Origin: an uncultured bacterium
GTDB taxonomy: Bacteria > Verrucomicrobiota > Verrucomicrobiia > Verrucomicrobiales > DEV007
NCBI GenBank assembly: GCA_963977015.1
Contig: CAXBMO010000010.1
Coordinates: 32,001-96,000, forward strand
DNA: 64,000 nucleotides
Reading direction: 5' to 3'
Below are positions 29,547-38,294 of the stretch, piece by piece. Positions within the stretch are counted from its first letter, which is position 1, and every line of letters starts with the position of its first letter. The translations under genes and the position numbers were made by a program. The notes beneath the pieces are model-generated. The model did not search any database and had not been told where the DNA came from. It saw only the letters and a program-made list of their open reading frames with translations.

Positions 29547-31007
29547 TCAGCTGAGTTTTTCCTCCAGGAGTTGCCGGACCATTTTCGGGTCGGCATTTCC
29601 CTGGCTTTTCTTCATCACCTGACCCAACAGCGCGTTGATCGCTTTCGGATTTCCACTTTTTACCTGCTCAACCGGCCCCGGATTCGCGGCGATCACTTCA
29701 TCCACGAACACTGCGATTTCACCCGCATCGGCGGCCTCAAATCCCATTTCTTTCGCGATATCGGCGGGCTTTTTATCCGGTTCGGTGAACAATTGCGCAA
29801 AAACTTCCTTCGCCTGATTGTTGTTGATCTGGCCATCTTCGATCAAGCCAACCAAATCCCGAAGCTGCTCCGGTTTGACCGGGCTTTCCGCGATCGAAAG
29901 ATCCGATTCCTTGAGCACGCTGAGTAGATTATTGATGACCCAGTTCGCGATTTTCTTCCCAAACTGGGTCTTCTTCGCGGCAGACTCAAAGTAGTTCGCG
30001 AGTTCGAGATCCGCCGAAAGGACGCCCCCATCATAGGCAGTCACTCCAAATTCGGACATGAAACGTTCCTGCTTTTCATGGGGCAGTTCGGGAACATGAG
30101 GCTTCACCGCCTTCAGGATATTTTGGGTGCGAATGGGCAACAAATCGGGATCCGGAAAGTAGCGGTAATCGTGGGCATTTTCCTTCGTTCGCATGATCTC
30201 CGTCTGCCCGGTTTCGTCGTTCCACCGCCACGTGGCTTGAACGATGGAATTCCCGTCCTCAATCTCGTCAATCTGGCGATCGATTTCGTAATGAAGCGCA
30301 CGACGCACCGCACTGACCGAGTTCATGTTCTTGAGCTCAATTTTCGTTCCAAACTCCTTCTGATCTTTGGGCCGAACACTGACATTCACGTCGCATCGCA
30401 TCTGGCCCTTCTCCATGTCGGCATCGCTCACGCCACCGTAACCAAGAATCTGGCGCAGGGAATTCAGATACGCGGCCGCCTCTTCCGGACTGTCGATTTC
30501 CGGTTCCGAGACGATTTCCATCAGCGGAGTTCCCGCCCGGTTGAAATCGATCGTCGTCATTTTGGCGTGATGGGTGCTTTTTGCGACGTCTTCCTCGAGA
30601 TGAATCCGGGTTAATCCCACTTTCTTGCCCGGATTCACGATCTTTTTCTGCGCATCTTTCGGGTAGGCCAACTCATAGAGCGGAACGCCTCCGCCCTCGC
30701 ACAATGGCAGATCAAACTGGCTGATCTGGTAGTTTTTCGGCATGTCCGGGTAGTAGTAATTCTTTCGGTCCCATTTGCTGATTTCCGGTGTCGTGCAGCC
30801 GAGCATTTGACCCGTCAAAATGGTCATTTCGATGGCGCGCTCGTTCAGAACCGGAAGCGCTCCGGGAAGTCCCAGGCAGACCGGGCAAATCAGGGTATTG
30901 GGGTCTGAGCCAAACCGTACAGGACAGCCGCAGAACATTTTGCTCTGGGTTTTGAGCTGAACGTGAACCTCAAGACCGATGGTGACGATGAAATCCTTCG
31001 ATGCCAT
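29547..31007 (-). CDS. gatB: Asp-tRNA(Asn)/Glu-tRNA(Gln) amidotransferase subunit B
   Basis: IGLEVHVQL.T.SKMFC, CPVCLGLPGALPVLN, RKNYYYPDMPK, HLEED, YRYFPDPDL. Confidence 0.98.
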   Translation of the reverse strand: MASKDFIVTIGLEVHVQLKTQSKMFCGCPVRFGSDPNTLICPVCLGLPGALPVLNERAIEMTILTGQMLGCTTPEISKWDRKNYYYPDMPKNYQISQFDLPLCEGGGVPLYELAYPKDAQKKIVNPGKKVGLTRIHLEEDVAKSTHHAKMTTIDFNRAGTPLMEIVSEPEIDSPEEAAAYLNSLRQILGYGGVSDADMEKGQMRCDVNVSVRPKDQKEFGTKIELKNMNSVSAVRRALHYEIDRQIDEIEDGNSIVQATWRWNDETGQTEIMRTKENAHDYRYFPDPDLLPIRTQNILKAVKPHVPELPHEKQERFMSEFGVTAYDGGVLSADLELANYFESAAKKTQFGKKIANWVINNLLSVLKESDLSIAESPVKPEQLRDLVGLIEDGQINNNQAKEVFAQLFTEPDKKPADIAKEMGFEAADAGEIAVFVDEVIAANPGPVEQVKSGNPKAINALLGQVMKKSQGNADPKMVRQLLEEKLS

Positions 31008-31058
31008 GCAGGTGTAAACCGTGCGAACGGCCAAAGTGCAAAGGCAAAAACGCGGAAT

Positions 31059-31976
31059 CTAGGTGAAAATCCGCTCAATCCACGGAAGGCGCTTCTTGCT
31101 GCGGGTTCCCGTGATAATGGCGCGAATTTCATCGGCCATATCAATTTGGGAGAGCTCCCGGCGCAGGTCGGGATAGTCCTTGAGGGTGCGACGGACGCGG
31201 CGATGCCGCAAAATGTCGAAATACTTGTTGTACTGCATTCCCCCGGCGATCAGCGTATTGATCTCCGGATCTTCGTAAAGTTCCATCACCGCCGGATGTT
31301 TCGCGATTTCCCGTGTGTCTTTGTGGCTGCGAAGCTGTTGGGCGAGGCTGGGATGGTAGCTTGCGATCAACAAATGAGCGAGATTTCGCCGGGCGACCGG
31401 TGTGATGGGATCGACCGTGTTAAGGATTTGCTGGCTTTTCGGGAGATTTTCCACAGCATTCCGCCAACGAACCGCTGCGATCGTTTTTGGATAGTTTTCT
31501 CTCGACCACTGGCCGGCTCTTGCGGAGATCTTGTCGACTTCATTCAACTCCCACATCGTGCCGTTGACGCGCACCAGCAGAGCCAGCAACAGAAGTACCG
31601 CGGCCGTGGGCAACAGGCTGAGAACCGCTCCGCTTCCGCCATACATCCAGTTTCCCAGAAACGAGTCTTTTCCAAACACCTTCAGAAAACAGGCCTTCGT
31701 GACAAGTCTCACCAAACTGAAGGTGATGATTGCCAAGCCAATGCTGACCACGACGGTCATGTTACCGTTCAGGTTCACATCCCCGTAGCGCCGAAGGAGG
31801 TCAAGTCCGTTATTACAAGCCCACCAACCTGCGAGACCTCCCGCAAGCCAGCTCGATAAGGCCCAGAGCAGGGACATCGCGCCCTTGGTCCAGGACCGAA
31901 TCGCCATGTAGATGGCGAACATGGTGCCGATCAGCACAAAGATCGAATCTTCGGCCATGAACTCGCCCGCATCCAT
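31059..31976 (-). CDS. CvpA-like membrane protein
   Basis: Four N-terminal TM helices with a CvpA-like pattern and a soluble C-terminus; ATG overlaps the aroC stop (TGATG). Confidence 0.55.
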   Translation of the reverse strand: MDAGEFMAEDSIFVLIGTMFAIYMAIRSWTKGAMSLLWALSSWLAGGLAGWWACNNGLDLLRRYGDVNLNGNMTVVVSIGLAIITFSLVRLVTKACFLKVFGKDSFLGNWMYGGSGAVLSLLPTAAVLLLLALLVRVNGTMWELNEVDKISARAGQWSRENYPKTIAAVRWRNAVENLPKSQQILNTVDPITPVARRNLAHLLIASYHPSLAQQLRSHKDTREIAKHPAVMELYEDPEINTLIAGGMQYNKYFDILRHRRVRRTLKDYPDLRRELSQIDMADEIRAIITGTRSKKRLPWIERIFT

Positions 31977-33079
31977 CAATCGTCTCCGTGCCAGCAGTCC
32001 ATTCCGGTAATCGATTGTTGTAAGGCGTGATCGCAAAGAACCAGTGCGGTCATTGCTTCGACCATCGGGACCGCCCGAGGCAACACACAGGGGTCGTGCC
32101 GGCCACGAGCCGCCAATTCGGTGTCTTTGCCGCCTTCTTCGACCGTTTTCTGATTCTGGAGAATCGTCGCAGTCGGTTTAAACGCGATTCGGAAAAAAAT
32201 TGGCTCGCCATTCGAAATACCACCCTGAATTCCGCCACTCCGATTGGACCGAGTTCGCACGCGATCGCCTTCCATGTAGAATTCGTCGTTGTGCTCCCGT
32301 CCGGTCAACTTGGTGCCTTCAAAGCCCGAGCCAATTTCGAATCCCTTGGTCGCGGGCAGGCTCATCATCGCCTTGGCCAAATCCGCCTCCAGTTTGTCGA
32401 AAACGGGTTCTCCCCAGCCGGGAGGACAGCCACGAGCGACGCATTCGACGATACCTCCGATGGAGTTGCCTTCGCTTCTGACGTCTTCGATGAGTTTGAT
32501 CATTTCGTCGACCATTTCCGGATCCCCGGTTCTGACGATGTTGGATTCGATCGTCTCAAATTGGACGCTTTCCGGATCCACGTTTGCGACCAGGTTTTGA
32601 ATCGTTTTGACGTAAGCGAGGATTTCCAAATCGGGAGCAAGCTTGGCGAGCACCTTCTTCGCGACGACCGCAGCGGCCACACGCCCAATCGTTTCCCGGG
32701 CACTGGCTCGACCGCCGCCCTGCCAATTTCGAATCCCATATTTGACCTGGTAGGTGAAATCCGCGTGGCTCGGGCGATACTTGGTCTGCATCTCGCTGTA
32801 GGCACCGGGCCGCTGATCCTTGTTCCGCACCAGAACCGCGATCGGGGTCCCAATCGTCTTTCCTTCGAATGTGCCTGACAAAATCTCACAGGAATCCGCT
32901 TCCTTGCGAGGAGTAACGATCTTGCTTTGGCCGGGTTTCCGGCGGTCGAGATCAACTTGAATATCTGCTTCCGTAAGTTCGATCCCGGGAGGGCAACCGT
33001 CGATCACCACGCCGACGCCACCACCGTGCGATTCACCCCACGTTGAAATTCGGAAATTTTGGCCAAAAGAGCTTCCCAT
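31976..33079 (-). CDS. aroC: Chorismate synthase
   Basis: [42 protein letters not shown]. Confidence 0.98.
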   Translation of the reverse strand: MGSSFGQNFRISTWGESHGGGVGVVIDGCPPGIELTEADIQVDLDRRKPGQSKIVTPRKEADSCEILSGTFEGKTIGTPIAVLVRNKDQRPGAYSEMQTKYRPSHADFTYQVKYGIRNWQGGGRASARETIGRVAAAVVAKKVLAKLAPDLEILAYVKTIQNLVANVDPESVQFETIESNIVRTGDPEMVDEMIKLIEDVRSEGNSIGGIVECVARGCPPGWGEPVFDKLEADLAKAMMSLPATKGFEIGSGFEGTKLTGREHNDEFYMEGDRVRTRSNRSGGIQGGISNGEPIFFRIAFKPTATILQNQKTVEEGGKDTELAARGRHDPCVLPRAVPMVEAMTALVLCDHALQQSITGMDCWHGDD

Positions 33080-33121
33080 AATTGTGGACTAACAAAGAGG
33101 CGGGTTCGACAGAACGCAAGC

Positions 33122-33907
33122 TCAGTTGGAGGCCGGAGCAAACCGGGTTCCGATTCCTCGCCCCTCGACCAATTCGCTCAATTGTTCCGGATTCGTGCCC
33201 GAGGCGATGATCGTTTCGATTCCCGCATTGACCGTAAATCGGACCGCCTGAAGTTTGCTGGCCATCCCGCCAACGGAGAGGCGCCCTTTGCTGTCGTCCG
33301 CAAAATCCATCACCTCATCCAGGTTTTCGACATACTCCACGATATCGTTTTCGTCGATCGAGTCCGGACCTCGCAACCCGGGAACGCTCGTCAGAAGAAT
33401 CAGCAGGTCGACTCCCATGAGTTCAGCGACTTTCGACGACAGATTGTCATTATCGCCGAACCGAAGTTCATAAACCGCGACCGAGTCGTTTTCATTGATG
33501 ATTGGAACCACCTCGCTCTGCTCGGTCAGGCACTGAAGGGTGTGGAGCACGTTTTCGCGGCGTTTCTCGACCTCGAAATCTTCGTTGGTGAGGAGGAGTT
33601 GAGCCACTTTCAGATTAAAATTGCGAAAGCCGCTGTCGTAAATCTGCATCAAACGCGCCTGGCCAACCGCAGCGCAGGCCTGGAGCATTCCGGTTTCGGT
33701 TGGGCGTTCATCGAGTTGCAAGGCACTCATTCCCGCCCCAACCGCACCGGAGGAAACCACCAATACTTGATGGCCGGCTTCGACCAAATCCGAGACGGAC
33801 TGAATTAGCCGCCCCAGCATGGCATGATTCAGCGCACCGTCATGGGGGCGGGTTAAAACGCCGGTGCCGATTTTGATGATGACTCGTTTTCCGGAAGGAT
33901 CACTCAT
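33122..33907 (-). CDS. proB: Glutamate 5-kinase (no PUA domain)
   Basis: IIKIGT, VSSGAV, ACAAVGQ, PIINENDSV, FGDND.LS, GGMASKL; ends at GTRF. Confidence 0.95.
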   Translation of the reverse strand: MSDPSGKRVIIKIGTGVLTRPHDGALNHAMLGRLIQSVSDLVEAGHQVLVVSSGAVGAGMSALQLDERPTETGMLQACAAVGQARLMQIYDSGFRNFNLKVAQLLLTNEDFEVEKRRENVLHTLQCLTEQSEVVPIINENDSVAVYELRFGDNDNLSSKVAELMGVDLLILLTSVPGLRGPDSIDENDIVEYVENLDEVMDFADDSKGRLSVGGMASKLQAVRFTVNAGIETIIASGTNPEQLSELVEGRGIGTRFAPASN

Positions 33908-33982
33908 GGAAGGTCGGGAAAATCCCTTGCCTAGGGCCCAGTGTAAAGTAATGGTTTCGGCCCGCTTCACAGCGGCGACTAG

Positions 33983-34054
33983 GCACCCGTAGTAAAATGG
34001 ATATTACGTCGGTTTCCGGAGCCGAAAGTGCAGGTTCGATTCCTGCCGGGTGTA
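33983..34054 (+). tRNA. tRNA-Arg (CCG)
   Basis: Acceptor GCACCCG/CGGGTGT, anticodon arm TCGGT-TTCCGGA-GCCGA, T arm GCAGG-TTCGATT-CCTGC; CCA not encoded. Confidence 0.93.
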
Positions 34055-34081
34055 CTCCGTCTCTCGGGGGAGGAGGAGGGG

Positions 34082-34912
34082 TTAGAATTCGGACCGGCGA
34101 TAGGCCGCTGGTGAAGTTCCGCGATGCTGTTTCATCATTCGACTGAAGTAGTAGCGGTTGGGGAAGCCGCAGTCCTCCGCGATTTGCTCGATCGATGAAT
34201 CGCCGTGACGCAACATTCGGCAGGCCCGGTCGAGGCGAAAGTCCAACAGCACGCGCATGGGCGACATCCTGACATGCTGTTGGAAGAGATGGTTCAGATT
34301 GCGGACGCTCAAACCGGCGGCGCTGGCGACATGCTCGGAGGTGAGTTTTCGAGCGAGATTGCTGTGCATGAAATCCATGGCCGATTCGACCCGGACATCG
34401 ACTTTGCGCTTGGTCCAGATTTCTGCGGAAAGTTGATGGAGAGCCTCCGCAACGAGAATTGCGGATTGCCACGGGAACGGAGTTTCCTGGGCCGAGGAAA
34501 GCTGATTCAACGCGGAGGTCATTGATGAAGTCAGCTCAACGGGAAATACCCCGGTGGTGGCCCGGTCTCCGCTCGGGCCCAGGATGAAATGGGAATACCA
34601 CTTGGAAAAAGGGCCGACGTTGGTGGAGCGGATCGTGGTTCGAGGTGGAATGAGATAGCCTTTTCCCGGCGCGAGCTCCGTTTCGATTTCCGTGCCTTCG
34701 CTTTCCGTCCAAATGGTTGCCTTGCCTGAAACCGGGACATACAGCCGCCAAAATGGGTCATTGAGTCCCTGGAGTTTCCAAGTCGTCAGTTCGATTAACC
34801 GGGTGGAGAGGATCTGAAGGTTAACATTGCGTAAAATGACGAGGCGTTCCCCCGAGACGCGATGCGGCGATCCCTCAGGCACGAGGCTGATGAATTTTTG
34901 TTCGCCATTCAT
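34082..34912 (-). CDS. AraC family transcriptional regulator
   Basis: C-terminal double HTH (VASAAGLS.RNL.HLF; IEQIAEDCGF.NRYYFSR..K...G.SPAAYR) and a cupin-like N-terminus. Confidence 0.93.
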   Translation of the reverse strand: MNGEQKFISLVPEGSPHRVSGERLVILRNVNLQILSTRLIELTTWKLQGLNDPFWRLYVPVSGKATIWTESEGTEIETELAPGKGYLIPPRTTIRSTNVGPFSKWYSHFILGPSGDRATTGVFPVELTSSMTSALNQLSSAQETPFPWQSAILVAEALHQLSAEIWTKRKVDVRVESAMDFMHSNLARKLTSEHVASAAGLSVRNLNHLFQQHVRMSPMRVLLDFRLDRACRMLRHGDSSIEQIAEDCGFPNRYYFSRMMKQHRGTSPAAYRRSEF

Positions 34913-34979
34913 TACGGGGTTCGTTTCAGTAAATACACGCGGACAAGAAAGGGCGTCCGGGAACGCATTGGTGGAATTC

Positions 34980-35042
34980 TGCCGGATCGGACACAAAGTC
35001 GGCGAGACAAGGCATGGTGATTCCAAAAGATGACCATATTAT
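34980..35042 (+). promoter_or_regulatory. Repeated operator-like site 1 with -10 box (candidate AraC-activated promoter)
   Basis: TGCCGGATCG-GACACAAA-N13-GGCATGGTG, then TATTAT at 35037-35042. Confidence 0.55.
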
Positions 35043-35048
35043 CGTGAC

Positions 35049-35144
35049 GTCATCAAGCAGTCATCCGAGTTAAGGGGTTTTCTCGGATTGCTTAGTGGGG
35101 CCGCTTGCGACCATTTTTGGTTGCAAGCGGCTCATTTCATTTCT
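35049..35144 (+). ncRNA. Candidate small RNA (two hairpins, terminator-like end)
   Basis: Lies after promoter site 1. Hairpin at 35055-35093 with loop TTAAGGGGTTTT; 16-bp hairpin at 35098-35133 followed by ATTTCATTTCT. Confidence 0.4.
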
Positions 35145-35167
35145 GCCACAGGCAGTTTCGGGGCGTC

Positions 35168-35207
35168 TTCCGAATTTGACACAAACCTCTCAGGTGCGGG
35201 CATGGTG
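35168..35207 (+). promoter_or_regulatory. Repeated operator-like site 2 upstream of fbaA
   Basis: TTCCGAATTT-GACACAAA-N13-GGCATGGTG. Confidence 0.55.
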
Positions 35208-35266
35208 CTTTGGGAAATATGGCACGATCCTGGTTTCGTAAGTCAAAACCGAACCAAATTCCTCCA

Positions 35267-36289
35267 ATGCCTGTTGCCAATTCCTACCAATACCGATCCA
35301 TGCTTGATGCCGCCCTTGAACAGGGACATGCGCTGCCGGCGATCAACGTTTCAACGGTGACCGCAATCAATGGAGCCTTGAAAGCGCTTTCCGAAGCGAG
35401 GTCCGACGGCATCCTTCAAGTGCTTCCCTGCGCCGCGGAGTTCGCGTCGGGCGACTCGGCAACCCCGGCCGAGGGAGCGATTGTTCTGGCGGAAGCGGCC
35501 CACCGGTTGGCGAAGCAGTATGACATTTTGATTGGGCTTCACACCGATCATTGCCTTCCTGAAGACGTGGATCGATTTCTGCTTCCCTTGATTGAGGAAT
35601 CGGAGCGCCGGCGCGGTCTCGGATTGCCCAACCTGTTCAATTCCCACATGTTTGACGGTTCACGGCTTCCCTTGCCGGAGAATCTCCAGCAAGCCAAGCA
35701 ACTGCTTCGCCGGTGCAGTCAGATCGACATCGTGCTCGAGATTGAAGCGGGGGTCGTTGGGGGAAATGAAATTGAAGGAGATCCGGAGTCATCGAGCGGG
35801 GTAACGACGCCCGAAGAGATGGTGGAAGTCTATGAGCAGTTGGAAGGGCAGGGACGCTATCTGTTCGCTGCGGCATTTGGGAACCTGCATGGGAGCTACA
35901 AATCCGGCGCTCTGGATATCCAGCCGGAAGTGCTTCGAAGGGGACAAAAGGCGGTTCGCAAGAAATTTGGGAAAGACGCGGGATTCGAATTTGTGTTTCA
36001 CGGGGGCTCCAGTTCTCCGGTGGGGCAGATTCGCGAAGCGATTCGCCATGGAGTGGTGAAGATGAATCTCGACAGTGACACGCTCTATGCCTTCACGCGT
36101 CCCTTGGCGAAGCACTTGTTCATGCATTTTGACGAGGCGTTGAGGCTGGATGGCGAAATGGGGATCAAGAAAGCCTACGATCCCCAGGTCTATCTTCGGA
36201 AGGCGGCAGAGGGCTTTGGCGCTCGCGTGAAAGAAGCCTGTCACGATCTCATGAGTGCGGGGCGCACGTTGGCCGTCACGGCCGGTTGA
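35267..36289 (+). CDS. fbaA: Class II fructose-bisphosphate aldolase (divergent)
   Basis: PAINV, LHTDH, HMFDGS, LEIE.GVVGG.E, FGNLHG.YK, FVFHGGS, VVKMN.D, KKAYDP. Confidence 0.88.
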   Translation: MPVANSYQYRSMLDAALEQGHALPAINVSTVTAINGALKALSEARSDGILQVLPCAAEFASGDSATPAEGAIVLAEAAHRLAKQYDILIGLHTDHCLPEDVDRFLLPLIEESERRRGLGLPNLFNSHMFDGSRLPLPENLQQAKQLLRRCSQIDIVLEIEAGVVGGNEIEGDPESSSGVTTPEEMVEVYEQLEGQGRYLFAAAFGNLHGSYKSGALDIQPEVLRRGQKAVRKKFGKDAGFEFVFHGGSSSPVGQIREAIRHGVVKMNLDSDTLYAFTRPLAKHLFMHFDEALRLDGEMGIKKAYDPQVYLRKAAEGFGARVKEACHDLMSAGRTLAVTAG

Positions 36290-36298
36290 ATGGAGGAT

Positions 36299-36361
36299 TG
36301 CTGGATTCGACACAAACTCAGCGCTTCCGGCCATCGCGTCATGGCCATGAAATTCTACAAT
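36299..36361 (+). promoter_or_regulatory. Repeated operator-like site 3 with -10 box upstream of dhaL
   Basis: TGCTGGATTC-GACACAAA-N13-GCCATCGCG, with TACAAT at 36356-36361 (same offset as site 1). Confidence 0.55.
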
Positions 36362-36368
36362 CGTCGAA

Positions 36369-37028
36369 ATGGACTCAACGTTAACAAACCTCTCCCCAAC
36401 GGAAGTTCGAGAAATGCTGCTGTTGGTAGCCGATCGGATCATTGAAGCTGAACCTGAACTTTCAGAAGCAGACCGCAACCTGGGGGACGGAGATCACGGA
36501 ATCGGCATGCAACGCGGAATGAATGCGGCCAAAGAGGCACTCGCAGAAACCGCAGAGGACAGCACCGTTGGTGAGCTGTTTACGGTGATGGGAAAAGCGA
36601 TGATGAGTTCCATGGGTGGAGCGTCGGGAGTGATCTTTGGTTCCCTGTTTCGAGGGGGAGGCAAAGCCCTGAAAGGATACATTGGCGGATTTGATGCCCG
36701 GGCGCTTTCGATGGTGCTTTCCGCCGCCGTTGAGGTGATTCGAGATCGTGGTGGCGCGAAGGCCGGAGACAAGACGATGCTGGACGCGCTGATTCCCGCC
36801 AGTCTCAAAGCCTCGGAACTGATGGAGGTGCCGCTGGAAGAAGCCTTGAAGCAGGTTGCAGAGGCTGCCGAAGCTGGAAAAGAGGCTTCCAAAGACATGA
36901 TCGCAACGATGGGACGGGCGAAAACCCTCGGAGAACGATCGCTGGGGCACCCGGATGCCGGAGCCTGTTCGGTGGCGATTATTTTGCAGACGATGGCCGA
37001 TTTCACCGCGGAACAATCCGCATCTTAA
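36369..37028 (+). CDS. dhaL: Dihydroxyacetone kinase subunit L (ADP-binding)
   Basis: D...GDGDHG..M.RG, GGASG..FG, GDKTMLDAL.P, A..GRA..LGERS.GH.D.GA. Confidence 0.93.
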   Translation: MDSTLTNLSPTEVREMLLLVADRIIEAEPELSEADRNLGDGDHGIGMQRGMNAAKEALAETAEDSTVGELFTVMGKAMMSSMGGASGVIFGSLFRGGGKALKGYIGGFDARALSMVLSAAVEVIRDRGGAKAGDKTMLDALIPASLKASELMEVPLEEALKQVAEAAEAGKEASKDMIATMGRAKTLGERSLGHPDAGACSVAIILQTMADFTAEQSAS

Positions 37029-37060
37029 CCACAAACTACAAACTCCTAAACTCTACCACT

Positions 37061-38008
37061 ATGGCTGACTTAGATGGCGTTCAGAAGAACAAGGAATTCT
37101 ACACAGAAATTCCGCAGGAAACTCCGGGCTTTTTCCTCAAAGGCTCGAATCAATACGACTGGGGACTCCAAAATCGACTTTCCCAAGTCTTTAATCCCAA
37201 GACCGGTCGCACCATTATGCTGGCTTTCGACCACGGCTATTTCATGGGGCCAACCACCGGTCTGGAACGGGTTGACCAAACCATTTTGCCGCTCGAGCCG
37301 CATTGCGACTGTCTCATGCTGACTCGCGGAATTCAGCGCAGTATCATCCCTGCTTCGACCCAGAAAGCGATCGCGCTGAGAGCGTCGGGCGGAACGTCGA
37401 TGATCAGTCCAATGGACGAATACGAAGGTGAGTGGGATGGCAAGCCCATGAAGCTTTCCCGCCCCGGTTATGAGCCGCTTTCGTTCGAAGATACCGCCGT
37501 CGATATCGAAGAAGCGATTCGCCTCAATGCGTCGGTTCTGGCCGTCCAGGTCTTCATCGGGAGCCAGCATGAGCGGCGTTCGCTGCAAAACCTGACCAAG
37601 ACGATCGATGCCGCGAATCGCTATGGAATCGCGGTGATGGGCGTGGTGGCCGTTGGTCGTTCCATGGAGCGGACCGCAAAATACTTCCGGATGGCAACGC
37701 GGATCATGGCTGAGCTGGGTTGCCATTTGGTGAAGTGCTACCACGTGGAAGAAGAATTCGAGACCATCACCAGTTGCTGCCCGGTTCCGATCGTGATCGC
37801 CGGCGGTAAGAAGCGCCCCGAGTTGGACGCGCTTAAGATGGCCTATGATGCCTGCGAACAGGGTGCCAGCGGAGTCGACATGGGACGAAATATCTTCCAG
37901 TCCGACGCTCCGGTTCCAATGATGAAAGCCGTTCGCGGCGTGGTCCACGAGGGGTTGAAGCCTGAAGAAGGTTTCCAGCTCTATCAGGATCTGAAGGCTG
38001 AGGCGTAA
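37061..38008 (+). CDS. lsrF: 3-hydroxy-5-phosphonooxypentane-2,4-dione thiolase LsrF-like
   Basis: MADLD..., DWG.QNRLS..FNPKTGRT.MLAFDHGYF.GPTTGLER, VPIVIAGGKK, GVDMGRNIFQS. Confidence 0.9.
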   Translation: MADLDGVQKNKEFYTEIPQETPGFFLKGSNQYDWGLQNRLSQVFNPKTGRTIMLAFDHGYFMGPTTGLERVDQTILPLEPHCDCLMLTRGIQRSIIPASTQKAIALRASGGTSMISPMDEYEGEWDGKPMKLSRPGYEPLSFEDTAVDIEEAIRLNASVLAVQVFIGSQHERRSLQNLTKTIDAANRYGIAVMGVVAVGRSMERTAKYFRMATRIMAELGCHLVKCYHVEEEFETITSCCPVPIVIAGGKKRPELDALKMAYDACEQGASGVDMGRNIFQSDAPVPMMKAVRGVVHEGLKPEEGFQLYQDLKAEA

Positions 38009-38020
38009 GCCCTCCTCTGA

Positions 38021-38108
38021 GACACCTTACCTCTTTTGCAGTGCGGTTTCGCGATTCTTTCGCGTTGCCGCACTGTTGTTTTTGAGAAGAAGGGTGTCCT
38101 TGCTTTTT
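38021..38108 (+). terminator. Extended stem-loop after lsrF (probable terminator)
   Basis: GACACC/GGTGTC and CAGTGCGG/CCGCACTG nested inverted repeats, with T-rich runs following. Confidence 0.45.
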
Positions 38109-38294
38109 GCTGGCCAAATCGCCTTTGGTTGAGAGAGGATGACGAGAGGGAGCGCATCCGCCTCTCAACTCCGAAGAACCTGTTGTTCAGGTGTTTGCCG
38201 TGAACGAATGCCATCATCGTGCGTTCATTGGCTTCCACCACCGTTCAACGCTTACGCCCTCAGAAATTAACCCCCTCTACCAACCTGGAAAACC

